Origin: Balanoglossus misakiensis
Lineage: Eukaryota > Animalia > Hemichordata
Assembly (NCBI GenBank): GCA_040954595.2
Contig: CM082581.2
Span: 6,564,699 to 6,628,698, forward strand
DNA: 64,000 nucleotides
Reading direction: 5' to 3'
The notes beneath the pieces are model-generated. The model was given only the letters and a program-made list of their open reading frames with translations, was not told the origin of the DNA and ran no database searches. Numbering within the stretch: the stretch's first letter is position 1; every line of letters begins with the position of its first letter. A program made the position numbers and the translations under genes. Of the stretch, positions 39,598 through 52,300 are shown one piece after another.

Positions 39598-41730
39598 TCA
39601 CACGCGGTCTTCGGCGTGGCGCGCAGAGAACCGATAATTCGTTCTCCTCGCCGTCCTCAAGCCACGAAAGGGTGGCGGTTGCGCCACTTCCTCAAACTCT
39701 GGCGATGGCTTTCTCTCGCTGCGATTCTCCGCTTCATCCGGGACCTGCCACGCCATCGAGGAAGGCGGCGGTGGCCTTGGCGGTGGCGAGTGCGGTACAG
39801 ACGAGGCCGGACAGTGCCACGGCTTCTCCAGGACTGGTTGGGATGATCGCCGGGGTGCGTCGTGCAACTGCTGGTGCTGTAGCTCTGAGGCCAATAGTGG
39901 CAGGTGCGATGAGGAACTGAAGTGTGCGACTGCTCTCCTCCGAGATTCCGGAAGTGGCGGCGGTGGTGGTGGTGGGGGTGGTGGGGGTGGTGGAGATGGC
40001 GGAGGTGAATACACAGGAGGGCTCCGATACGGTGGCGAGAGACATGTCGGGAGTGGTGCCTGGAACGATTTCGAAGGTGATTGTTTGCTGCGGTTCGGTT
40101 GTGCCGGAGAGAACGTCCGCTCTTCGGCGCTAATGGCGGCGGTGCTGTGCGAAGCATGTTCTCCGGAAGACACATGCGCCGTGGATAACTCCCGGCGCGT
40201 GCGCGGTATACACGGCTGCCTTATTTGCAATATGTTGTGAAAGTGGAACTCCTCCGATAAACTCCCTTGCGGACTGCTGGTCAGTTCCGTCTCGCTCGCG
40301 TAATTGTCTCTGACAGCGTACTCGCCAAACGCCCGACTTTCGTCATTGTAATCACCGATACCATACCTGGCGCACGCGCTGGTTTCAGAGTCTGCGAACA
40401 CCTGGCCCGCTTGATTCGACGTGTCCGGAACGACATAGGCAGAGGACGGCGTTGTTGAAGAAGCAACGCCAGTGGTCCTTTCGTCGTCGAGTCCGCCGGA
40501 CGCGCGCAGTGCGGCGCTGGGAATGGGCAGGTTGATAGAAATGCCGCTGGATTCCCCGAGTTTGCCCGCCTCCACTTTCTGTAGTCTCTGCGCGGAGATG
40601 ATGTTAAGGCCCGGGTTCGCGTGGACCCCACTGCTGCTCGACAAGACCTTGTTCGTCTTGAGCTTGAGAATGGCCTTGAATTCGTTTCTGAATTTCTCAT
40701 TCATCCAGCAGTAGACTATCGGGTTCAGGCACACACTGGTCATCGCAAACCAGTGGCAGATGATGTAAACCAGAGAGTCGTGCTGAAAAGCCGGGTGGTA
40801 CCAGTAGGCCAACAGGTAGACATTGATGGGCAGCCAGCAAATGGCGAAAATCACAACCACTATAACCAACATCTTGACCATGCGGCGTTTGGTCTTTTCC
40901 TGGAGGTTGAACTGTTGCGCGGTGATGAAGTCGCTGATGGCCGTTCGGGACCACAGCTTCCGGGCTATCCGGATGTAGGCCGAGATTATCAAGAGGAGCG
41001 GCAGACAGTACTGGAGAATTATGGTCGTCAGTTGAAAATGGCGGGCAAAGTCCCACGACGGCGGGCTGGGGATACAGGCGTACACGTCCAGGCTCTCGAA
41101 ATACTCCAAGGACCTGTACACCGCCATCGGCACGGGCAGGATGATGGCGCAGATCCAGATGGCACTTAAGGCACACAGCGCTGTCACCATGGTGATGCGG
41201 GGTCTCAACGGGTGCAGGAGCACTTGGTGGCGGTCGATGGCGATGGCGGCCAAGGTCAGGGTCGACACGTAGATGGACACGTTCATCGAGTAATCCACGG
41301 AATGGCACATGACATCCCCGAAAATCCAGCTCCGGGTGATGTTGCGGACGAGGAGGAACGGGGCGTTGAAGATGGTCAGGATGATGTCCGAGAACGACTG
41401 ACTGGCCAGGAAGAAGTTCGTCACCGTCCGCATCTGTTTCCGGCGAACCACGATGTAACAGACCAGCCCGTTGCCGATCAGGGACAGGACAATAACCAGC
41501 GCGTAGAGACAGATTAGCGTCACTTTCACCCGCAGGTTAAATGGGTGGAACGACTGCAGGAAAGCACTGTCCCTGTTCTTGTTCAGGGCGTTATTGAGCA
41601 GATCTTCCAAGCTCAGACCGGACGAGTTGCCACCAGTGCTCCAGTTGTGCCAGACCCCGAAGGCGTCACCAGAAGAATTTGTAGGTCCACGAGTCGGCGA
41701 GGGGTTGAGAAAATTCTCCCAAAACGACAT
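39598..41730 (-). CDS. GPR83: GPR83-like class A neuropeptide-type GPCR, 710 aa, single coding exon
   Basis: Seven hydrophobic segments with GN (TM1), DRHQVLLHPLRPRI, CWLP, HWFAMTSVCLNPIVYCWMNEKFR. The DRHQV..HPL.PRI, IARKLW and HWFAM..C.NP..YCW.NE.FR patterns are characteristic of GPR83. First ATG at 41730 (the ORF track starts earlier at a TTG); a splice acceptor TTTTTTGTTATTTCAG at about 41873-41888 implies upstream non-coding exon(s). Confidence 0.85.
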   Translation of the reverse strand: MSFWENFLNPSPTRGPTNSSGDAFGVWHNWSTGGNSSGLSLEDLLNNALNKNRDSAFLQSFHPFNLRVKVTLICLYALVIVLSLIGNGLVCYIVVRRKQMRTVTNFFLASQSFSDIILTIFNAPFLLVRNITRSWIFGDVMCHSVDYSMNVSIYVSTLTLAAIAIDRHQVLLHPLRPRITMVTALCALSAIWICAIILPVPMAVYRSLEYFESLDVYACIPSPPSWDFARHFQLTTIILQYCLPLLLIISAYIRIARKLWSRTAISDFITAQQFNLQEKTKRRMVKMLVIVVVIFAICWLPINVYLLAYWYHPAFQHDSLVYIICHWFAMTSVCLNPIVYCWMNEKFRNEFKAILKLKTNKVLSSSSGVHANPGLNIISAQRLQKVEAGKLGESSGISINLPIPSAALRASGGLDDERTTGVASSTTPSSAYVVPDTSNQAGQVFADSETSACARYGIGDYNDESRAFGEYAVRDNYASETELTSSPQGSLSEEFHFHNILQIRQPCIPRTRRELSTAHVSSGEHASHSTAAISAEERTFSPAQPNRSKQSPSKSFQAPLPTCLSPPYRSPPVYSPPPSPPPPPPPPPPPPPLPESRRRAVAHFSSSSHLPLLASELQHQQLHDAPRRSSQPVLEKPWHCPASSVPHSPPPRPPPPSSMAWQVPDEAENRSERKPSPEFEEVAQPPPFRGLRTARRTNYRFSARHAEDRV

Positions 41731-43213
41731 GTTTATCTCGTAAAAAACACTGGGTAGACAATATTGCAAACTTCCTCAGGTGGAGTGAATTCCTTCGGTA
41801 ATTAGCAGCACACACTTCGCGCGTAAAGCTTTCCGGACAATAACCATGTCACGTACATACCCGTAACTGTACCTGAAATAACAAAAAATGTATAAGACTC
41901 TTAGACTATAATGTTTCATATTTTGAACCATCTTCTAGTTACAGCCACTAATAACATTAGTTATGTTAAAGAGTGTGTCTAGACAAGGTATATTCCTTGA
42001 AAGCTACGTGAACATACACGGTGTACATTAAAAACCGCCAGCACACACTTTCATATAATTTATGCATGTATGTACCATACATTGTATTATGTATTTAAAT
42101 AACGTGCCACAAACTAAACTCCCATCGTACAAAACCTTTTTTTGCATTTTTTATGATTATAAATATCAAAAGTTAAATTTTCCATGTAAATGTGCTTACC
42201 AAGGGGCCAGTATCAGAGATTGACAGAAAGAAGTGAATAATTGATCAAATCAATAAGAAATTGATTGTAGCCAAAATACATGTATGTCTCCTCCATCAAA
42301 CGACATTCAGTCATCAAAACTTATCAAGGCTTATCATGCTTTGCTCGAAAAAAATCGGCTTAGTCGTGGGAATCCAAATATAGCAACTGGAAGACATTTC
42401 GAAGTTAACAAAACGTAATGCGAAGAGTTCCGTTCCCTTTGGCTATAACCCAATTCATAACAAAAGCCAGCAACTTCTAATCTTTTCAGTAGAACAACGC
42501 TGTGTGAAAGATGCAAAATTAAGCAGCATAAACGAGAGATTCGTGACTGTAAGCACAAATGTATGTAAAGATACTCGCCGCTTGATAAAAACGACAACAG
42601 CCCGTTATGAAAGAAGGCGAGTCTCGGTGTCGTATTAGTAGAACCATAAAATGCTATATTAATGTTAGTAGTTTGAACATTCCGTCAATGGCTCGGCAGT
42701 CGTATTTCCTCGGATTGTACAGTAACAACGGCCCATATGCTGATTAAAGAAAACCTAACAACGAATTTTGCCTGTGGTGAAAAGGATACGATTACAAAAG
42801 CCAGTGTGCATTAAAAGATGCCAGTATGAGCTAATTACAACGGAGGTAATGGCACGGATCTTCTCGAATTAAACTGTCTAAGGTTTCTCAAGTCGTCTCG
42901 ACAGGAGCGCAAGAGATTGCACATTCACCGATGTCAATTTAGGGACGCTGCCAGGGATGCCCTCATGGAATTAAGAGGGTCACCATTTTCCATACATGTA
43001 TATTCATGTCCCAGGCCAAGAAGAATAACATGCAATTATACAGGTTTTAGTAGTTCATTTAAGACCCTTTTCTTTGAAATCATGAACGAATTGGAACTCC
43101 GCATAACATGACCCGTTGACCCTGAAATCTCAAATGAAATTTTGCATGCAGAAAGTCATTCCAGATATTTTGTGATTTACTCTTTTTACGGAATATAATT
43201 CAGTCCACTGTGA

Positions 43214-43395
43214 GCGCTCAATTTAAGAATCCGAACTACCGTTGGAAATTGAGTCAGGAGCCGTACATTCAATCAGTCCCTCACGGTCAATTTGCGAATC
43301 TATTGCCACAGAACAGCCGAAAGCCAGTCAGCACAAAATCTATGACTGCAAGGTACAGGCGTTGATAATGTCCAGGTTGTTACCTACCCGCAACC
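43214..43395 (+). repeat. Dispersed motif-block repeat, copy 2
   Basis: Same ordered blocks as 31858-32063 including an exact 20-mer TCACGGTCAATTTGCGAATC; a partial inverted copy of this core lies at 46961-46979. Confidence 0.7.
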
Positions 43396-46300
43396 CGTTC
43401 CACTTGCCACGTTCAGCCATCGCTATCACCATCAGTTAAGACAATTCAGAAGGACTAATAATCCAGGGGTCTACTCGCCGTCTTCTTATACGTTACACTG
43501 CAGGACCTACGGCAGGGATACAAAACACGTGCGACGACTCGACGTCAGGAATAAAACTCACGCTTTTCATGCATATTTAAATCAACCTTCTTGTAGGATT
43601 CTTTGCACGCGGCACACAATATCTTGTACATAAACTATCGTCCGCTCGCACGGGTCGTTAGCTCGACTACTGAGCAAAGACCTCGGCGGGCGAAGATGTC
43701 AGCTAACCTCTTGGGTTTAATTTTTTACATGCTATCGCCAACCTCTTACGGTCAGTCCACGGGACGCTTTGTTACAAAATTAATGCGCGAGTCTCTCTGC
43801 GCATCGTTCCTTTATCATGTATGCTTTTGCCAACAAGTTCACCAGGAGCGAAAACCTTGTTCCAACGCCACACACGTTCACAGTTCTGAAGTTGTTGATG
43901 TGTCACGTACATTGTACTTTAAAGTGCAACTGGTGGCGACAATACGGCACTGTAGGGATTATCAGCGGAGAAAAAAACACGTGCAAGGCAATTTGCAGAA
44001 TATGACAACAGGAGTTGTAGACCTACAGGGTAAAGCCGCGTGAACTTCAACTGAACCATACAATGTACATCTTAACATGGGTTTTTATTATTATTTTAGC
44101 ACATTCGATTCACATCGTGTTGTCATGGAGACGAAGGTAAATGGATCCCCATTTTCAAGTTTTGCCTTAAAGCTATAGTATACGCTCTCGACTTAAACGT
44201 ATATTCAACAGCGAGTAAATATAATATGCAACCCAAATCCTTCAAATTTTGACATTCAACATAAATGCTTAAATGTGGGATCAGTTTCATACTTGTTATA
44301 TTTTGCTACAATTGCAATTGGTATTTGGTTGACCTGCCCAGCTGCAGCGTTAGTCAGTAACATGTGAAGAGGTAAAGCTTTTCATTTCGCGGGGTTTCCT
44401 GTAAGGAAGATATGCGAATTTATATACATACATGTATTTCTCTTCGGTGATAGTTAGATCTTCTCTAAATATTCAGTTCAGTCTCAATTTGCCCTCTCAT
44501 CAAGGTTTCATTTATGTCTTTGAACACTGCACCAATCTAGTATAAAGCTTCATTACTTTACTTATTTTTTTATTCACTGACACATATTTTTAACGCGTGC
44601 GTTGTTTTTGCGCGGTGTCGGCCTCCAGGTACCAATCACGCATTTCCTTCTCGTAGTGCGTTCATCGCGAGGTCACACGCGAAACGTTGTCCCAATTTCC
44701 GCGTGCCTCGCCGTAGGCCGATCAAATTTACATCAACACCATATGTTCCGCGTCGTAGCCGGGAAGAGATGGTCCGCTCTGCCTTATTTTAAAACTGTAT
44801 CGATACGCGCTACTTTAATGACTTTATACATGTCGTTTTTATTAGTTAAGCGGGTAACCTAGTTATATCATTAAAAGTACACATGATATTTTCCTCAATG
44901 TCCTGTTTCAGGTAGCGTTCATATATCTTTGATTACACCAAAATAAAACCCAATATGTGTAATAACACAAAATGAGCAAGTGATGACCTGCAATTCCTTT
45001 ATCGAAGCTGGCAGATTAATGTTTTATTATCATTAATGATCAAAGGCGGATCCCCCAGGCTATCGATTGCACAGATGCAAACGATAATGTATTGGATTAA
45101 GTGAATGTAACGTGGTCCGGACATATACTGCTTGTACTTCTACGCGGCTTGGCGTCTGCATATCGCGCTTGTTGGCGCACGGAAAAGTAGGTTGCGCTGC
45201 GAGTTGTGGTGCACGGTGTTACCTACAGTGATGGCAGACGACACCTTCACCGTTATCAGTAAGGAAGTCAGTGTAAAAATGCAGTTTATAATTGAAAGGT
45301 CCCCTCAGATGCGCCTCTCGGTAGTAAAAAGACTGCGTACGACAGAATGTATGGCAAGCTTTTGCGCACTGTGTATATAACGGAATGAAAGTTGCCGTGC
45401 TTTCAGCTATATGACGACACCTTCGTTAAAATAGTCCGAGTAAAGATGGCGAACGTTTTATTGGTTAGAATATAATTAAATATTTGCATAAGTAAATTGG
45501 ATAAACGAAATACTAAAATTGTGACGAAAATATTGTATCTACTGTATGCTGATTATCTTGTCTTATTCAGCAGTACCCCTGTATGTCAGCAGCGTCTTTT
45601 TAAAAAGGTAAGCCGATTATTGTAAACAAAATTGAGACTAAACCCAGATTATAGTTTTCAAAAAAGGGGCGATTAAAAAAGTGAATGGCCAGAAATTGGA
45701 GCAGTGTGTCCCAAGATAAAAACATGAAGCTGTGGTGTTCTCTAGACCAGGAGTGTATTAGTTTGAAGTTGCATATAAGTTAATAAATCGCCTTTGACTG
45801 AGTCGCAAAGTGTGCGTGCATTTCATTCGCTATACATGTAACCTTTTGTGGAACGATTGTTGGCATTTCGAACTGTCTTCTTGTACAAAACACTCTCTAT
45901 ACAAATCACTATCATTAATTGCAGAGGGGGGCATATTTCCTTAACTCTGTTGAAGCTGTCACCAGAATCCACTGTTTGAGCAGAAACGCCTTATCAAGAC
46001 GCTCAATCGCCTCACCATGGTTACCGCGCGCCCTGACGTTGGTATCTGTAATACCTGAATGAACAGTCAGAAAAAATGATTAGAACCTCGCGCGTAAAAT
46101 TGAGAACCGGATGTGATACTCATCGTCCTTTGCCAAACCCTTTATCTCAACATCCTGTGAACAGAAGTGCCCTACAAACAAACAATTTCGAATTTAAGAA
46201 GTAACCGTGCGCAGCTGAAAAGACTGTATCGAAGCGACGCTTAATCAGAGGACGAACATTTCATGAGGAAGTTTGACATCGCGCACGCAAACACGCCCTT

Positions 46301-49300
46301 TCTCGCAATTCAAGCACACGTGCAGATCAAATTACCCAATCAGAAAGACCTAAAGATTACAGACACAGAAATGTTCATGCAGTATCGCATCAACATTAGT
46401 TTCTGCAAAAGTGACCCATGTGTGATCCAATGAAATTATTTGAACAATGAACAATGGAATGAACTTTGAATTAACAATGGAGAACTTTCAAATTATATTA
46501 CTTGTATTGATTTTAGAACTTTCATGTAATAATAAAAAATGTATAAAAATGGAATGTAAGCCTGACCAGAAAGTTCATCACAATACGACAACACGACGTC
46601 TGTAATAAAGCCTGTTGGTGAATTGTATTCAATCAACTCCCCAGTGTCTGTCTTTAGTTACCAAAATCATTACGATCCCTGGACGTTACCTCAACTGAGT
46701 GAATCCCCAGAGATTAGACCGTGACACTGGTACAAATCGTTTAGTTTCATGAATAAGTAAGCGATCTTGGTACACGACTATTTATCTGAAAGAATTTAGC
46801 TAGATGTCGTAGACATTCGGTATACATATTGTATAACAGAGAGAAATCCAGGCTCCTTCATCTCTGCGGATGTTGCAAGCATACTGAGCAGCCTAATTCC
46901 ACCTAAAACCGCGAATTTTTAGTAATAAAGCTGTATGCATTACATTTATCAAGATTGGCTATTCCCAAATTGACCGTGCGAGGGTGTGCGATATGTACTG
47001 TAAGTAATTCAGCTGAAGGGGTGCACGTTAAATTGACCACTCTGTCTAATTGACAATTTATCATCCGTGCGATTTATATTTTCTTTCCTTGAATTGCAAA
47101 CCCTCTGGCCGTATACGCAAATTCCTTACCGAGCAACCAGGCACTTGCAACTGGATGTAGTTTGAAAAGGATAAAGAACAAGGCAATACTTGGCTTCTCT
47201 CAATTACGCTAGGTACAGGGTCAGGGGAGATTGAATCGTGATGCATAGCAGCGAACATTGAGCTTCTGGTATTACGCTTTCCAGGAACCCCAAAGCTTAT
47301 ACCGGTTAATTCGCATCCATTTACCCTAATACCTCTCCAGCAATGGAAGTTAATCGTCGCTAGCTCTCACAAAGAAATCAATGAATAGCAAGGATCTGCT
47401 CGACAGGGATAATTTGTGCTTACACCGTCGGTACACATGTACTCCAACTTCTTAACTTGATTGGAAAAAGTCACAAACTTCAAAAATGAATGCTAAATGT
47501 ACTTCTAAGCCTTAATCTCGAAGACGACCCCAAAATGTTATTGCATGTGCGCATCACACACAGAAGCGCATAGGTCGTTGATTGTCTTTAAAAATGTGAA
47601 GCAAAATGAGAAACTATTAATGTTAACACTCTTCCAAGAATTCAAACACAAACCCTTCAAGTTGCAGTTTACGATTTCCAATTTCGCATACATCGATATC
47701 GCTCTTGTTATTGCCACTGTTCGGTTGTTTATCTTCGTATACTGTTTTGTACGTGGGCGATATGCAGGTGTGATTTCTCTCAGGCGATGTGAGAAATGTG
47801 TCCATAACCACGTCGGGACCCCCACTGCCGATCGGCTAGTAAGCTACTAGTCACTTCGGGACAGATATTTAGAAAAAAAATTATATTTCTCTGAACCTTT
47901 CAATTCCTTGATAGCGTATGCTGGCCTTCTTGAAAACCCTAGAAGAACACTGGCTGTTCATCCCCCGGTTTGTATAAAATCGCTATTATTAACTTACACA
48001 GAATTAACTTAGAGATTGGCGGCCATTTTGAATTTCAAATTTAATAAGAAAGAATAAAATATTCCTTAAACCTGTCTTGAGAAAACGACTTAAGAACTTT
48101 GATTTTCAGGGCCCATTCTACCTATAGTCTCGGGTGAAGCCACGCAAGCTGCGCGGAATTATGTACAGTGTATCACAATTGTGCTAAGTATCCAATTCGT
48201 TGGAGCAAGGTAATCCAGCTTGTCAAATATGCCTGGTCTAGATTAGCACAATTATCGTCGAGTACGTTTGAGGTCCACGTGCTCGACCTTCCACCATCAT
48301 TAACTATGCTAAAAGCCCTTAAGAATGCACCAAACAAGACTAGACAATCATCTTGTTAGCAACAGTTGCTGTCAGCGACGCGTGGAAAATCACACAGATC
48401 TAGTGTCTGTGGTCGTCTCCGTCGTCGCCGTCATCTCCAGCTTCTCAGAAATTCTTCTTCGAACAGCGTTGATATTTGATGTTCAGACCATTAGGGATGC
48501 CTCATTGTTTTAAGTTTTACGCTAATTATCACGTAAATTGCGATGTTTTGTTTATCTTAACATAGTATGGACATCTATACGTTTAGTAATAACCAGGTAG
48601 ATCAGGTTTGTTCCGTTTAGCAACATGCATTGTACTCATGAAATATTGGGGTGCCGATTTCTGTCGTGTAAGGTGAGCGGGTCATCGGAGACAGGAAAAT
48701 GAAACCGATAAAGATTCAAAAAATATGAATGCATATTTTTTGTACTTTCACAAGGGAAAGCCGACATATGAGAGCACCAATGGCCGTCCCTGAATGTTCG
48801 CAAATAACAGGGAAAGAAAAATGTCACTATGGGTCAATAAGCAAATTGGTCGATTTATTTGCTACGAAATCACGAGAAACCGCGAGGAATCGAACATATT
48901 AGTAGCAACTGCGTCATAAGCGAAACAAATTAATGTGAAAGTACTTACGGTGCATGATGTAAGTCAGGGGGCGTATAATAAATAACATTGCAAACCGAAG
49001 CACGTAATATCTTTTTCTGATGAAAAAAGATTTGAACCTCCGCTGCGCTACATTCATTTGTGAATTATATGCATCTGCTTCAAGCCATTTTCAGTGTATA
49101 CCCATAGCAATGCGTGTACGGTATTGTACTAAGCGACAACTAGTCACGTCGCTAATGTCGCTTATTATGCTTCTAACACCAATATGGGGTTTAACATTGT
49201 TAAAGAAACTCCTAGGTAAAGACATCATGTGATGTCTTGTATTCAGATATGATTCATATTTCTGGATAACATAACATCGCCAAGAGTATATATAGTCTCC

Positions 49301-52300
49301 TTACGACGTGGTAAACGAGCAAAATTCACACGATATCACACGACTTAAGCACGAGATCAGTGAGGAATCTCTGCTTCTAGTTCATCGTGTTATGGTGTTG
49401 GCTTACAGCTTTTTAAGAGTAGGGAGGCGTTACACGAAAGAGTGATTCAAACTTACGTATACATTGTATAGATGTTAGTCATGACGTATACGTATTCTAC
49501 TAGCCTGCGACATCGACGACGGCAGCAAAACTCGTAAACTGAGGTTGCAGTTGTTCGTCGGCATACCCCCTTCTCTTACTCATTCAACCAATCCAACTTT
49601 TCCCTTACACTTACGTCCACTGGAGGGCGCCACATATGGGGCAGGACTAGCTCACACTTTTCAAAGCTCCTGACACCACTTCTTGGTTTAAGAAATCTAC
49701 ATATATATTTTTTTCGTGGATTCTATCAGCCGAATCGCTTTATTTATGCTCGCTCTGTTTGTTATTTGTCAGATTTGCAGTTACTTGATTTTGGAAACAT
49801 GCTGTTATAACGTCACGATTTTTTTTTTAATTTTTAAAATCACGAACGGGCATTGACCGTTGATTCTAATACCGTCATGACTTTCTTATGATGAGATTGT
49901 GGATGCACTTTACAATGCCGCTATTTTGGAGGGAAAACTATTACGACTCCGCGGGCCTAAGGCTCAGACATTTTAATGAGCCTTAACATTGGTTGCCATG
50001 GTAAATCTCAAGTTAACAGCAGAGACGATGCCAATCAGATATCAAAATTACATATTTTCAAAGGGGATCAAATAGTGATCTCCAGCGTTTCCGTACCATC
50101 TCGATTTCAAGGAAAAGTTATGGAACCTGTTTCATTGAAGAAGGGCAAAGTGCCATAAATAGAAAAAAGATCAATAGGCTTGCCATCAAGGTCTGAGCAC
50201 TGTCACGTTTTTTTTGCCGAAACGACTGCCATAATTGGTACTCGGTTGTATGTAATTTACCAAAAGTTAATGTCAACGACAACCACCAAGCCAGAGGACG
50301 TGTTATGGCAATTTTGTATGACCAAGGGATATCCCTAGTAGATATATACTAATAGCTTCTTATTCGCTATCCTCTCAGAAAGAGGGTGGGTGGAAGATTT
50401 GGGTATGGCAGAAATTGTTGTCCAAAATTCCCCCCCCCCCCGAAATCAAAAGATTTTCCCCTAAAGGTGCGTGTAAGGCATGAATCTATAGGCAGACATT
50501 CCCCATTGTCATGTCCTACGTCACAATCTTAATAGGTTCTCCGAAGCTATTAACGTTGTTCGAGTTTCTGCAAATTGGTTAATGATACAACCGTGTCTGG
50601 TTCTGTCGAAGGACTCGTGTTTATGATTTGAAAACGGATCGGAATCGCTGAGCACACAAAAACGCGGAAGGAAGCTAGAGTATACCCTCGAGTCGACCAC
50701 TGCAGGCTTCGGGTTATTCACGTACGATGGCAAATAAACGATGAAGATGTCAAAAATCGCCAGTCTCGCCGAAATGGAAGTTGGAGGCGTTAATGTACAT
50801 GTAGGTGGATCCACGCTGATAACATGGCTGAAATGCTGTTTAACTATGAATTGAACCAAGTCTCCCTGGCAGCAAGCCTTGACGGTCTCTGATTGCCATG
50901 TTATTTGATCTCTCGCCACGCGTTGAGAGAAAATTGCAATTCTTCGGCAGAAACATACATTCGTACATTTGTCATTCATTTAACGCGAAACTTTGTTAAT
51001 CATATAAGCAGCAATTTCCGAAGCCAAATAAAGACTCCTAGCATTTTCCCTGTCAAAGGATGTCACGACACAGTTAACAAACCTATCTACCGGATAAATG
51101 CAGTCATATTTTTGATTTTGTGTTTTAATCAGGAGGGATTTTGAGGGTTGTCCGCTGAATAAGTATTGGACGGGTTTAAGAATTTTGAAAATGATTCCAG
51201 AGAGTTATGTCATTGTTATCGTGATCAATTCAAATTGATTGATGCGAAAAAGGGAATGCTAAGTAAAAAGTTTGAAAATAATGTTATCCTCCATGGGTTT
51301 TTGTGACGCGTGGCATAATCAAGGGGTTGGGAATGAAACATTATTTGCCAATTACGTTCGTCAGCGATGTCAAGATATTGGTTTCCGGAATTGGTGTGCT
51401 GAAGATAATTCTTCAGTAGACTTGGGAATTATAAATTATTCCAAGCAAATCTGATATTGCAACCGCGGCTTACCATTCAAATGAAAACGGTTTTCCGATT
51501 AAGAATGGCGAAATTGAAAATGTCCAATTTTGTTGTGATTCTGTTGAAGATGAATTAGTTTTTATTTGTCCGTTCTATTATTCCGGCCGAAATCGTATGC
51601 GCGGGAACCACTCGATACAAATCCATTAATTTAGTTTGATACGGTAAGACTGACCCTATGAAAATAGAGCTCGATATTTCTTTTATGAGATTCAAAAGAC
51701 AGCGTCGTTGGCCTATACTTATAGAGAATGTTTATAAATATCTTGCATCGCAAAGTTAATTGCAATTGGTAATTGCAATGTTTACACACAGGGCCGTTTA
51801 TGTTTTCTTTCGTTACTGTACAATGGGGCGGTAGTGCTTTAAAAAAAATATTTAAAAAAATAATAGCCGCGTGTACCTCATGTTCACCCTTACGTGTACA
51901 ATCCTACAGGCAATACTGTAGGTTTAGCTATACAAGACAAATCTCACGGTCCCTCGACTTACAATACCAGGCTTGCAATGCACCCGAGAAAACAAATGAA
52001 TTATGGCTGTGTCTGAAAATAACGCGCGGAAGAAAACGATAAATTAAAATATTGTAGTCAGAACAAACACTGAACAGAAGAAGAAGATTTCACCCACCGT
52101 TACTGCTTGTTGCTTTGTTTCCTCAGAAATATGTCGCAGGCGGCAGCGACACAAGTCTTTGGTCAAATGTGCCATCACGTGACTGCTTTATTGTGATTGT
52201 CGTCGTCGTCATGCGCCGGGAGAGGTGTACGGTGTCTGTGCCCATCGCGTAAATCCCGTGTGCCGTGACGCTCGTTTTGATCGGATGGGGGGATGGAACC

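Noticed and set aside
39585-41757. Many overlapping ORFs on both strands
   Set aside because: Alternative-frame shadows of the GC-rich GPCR exon.
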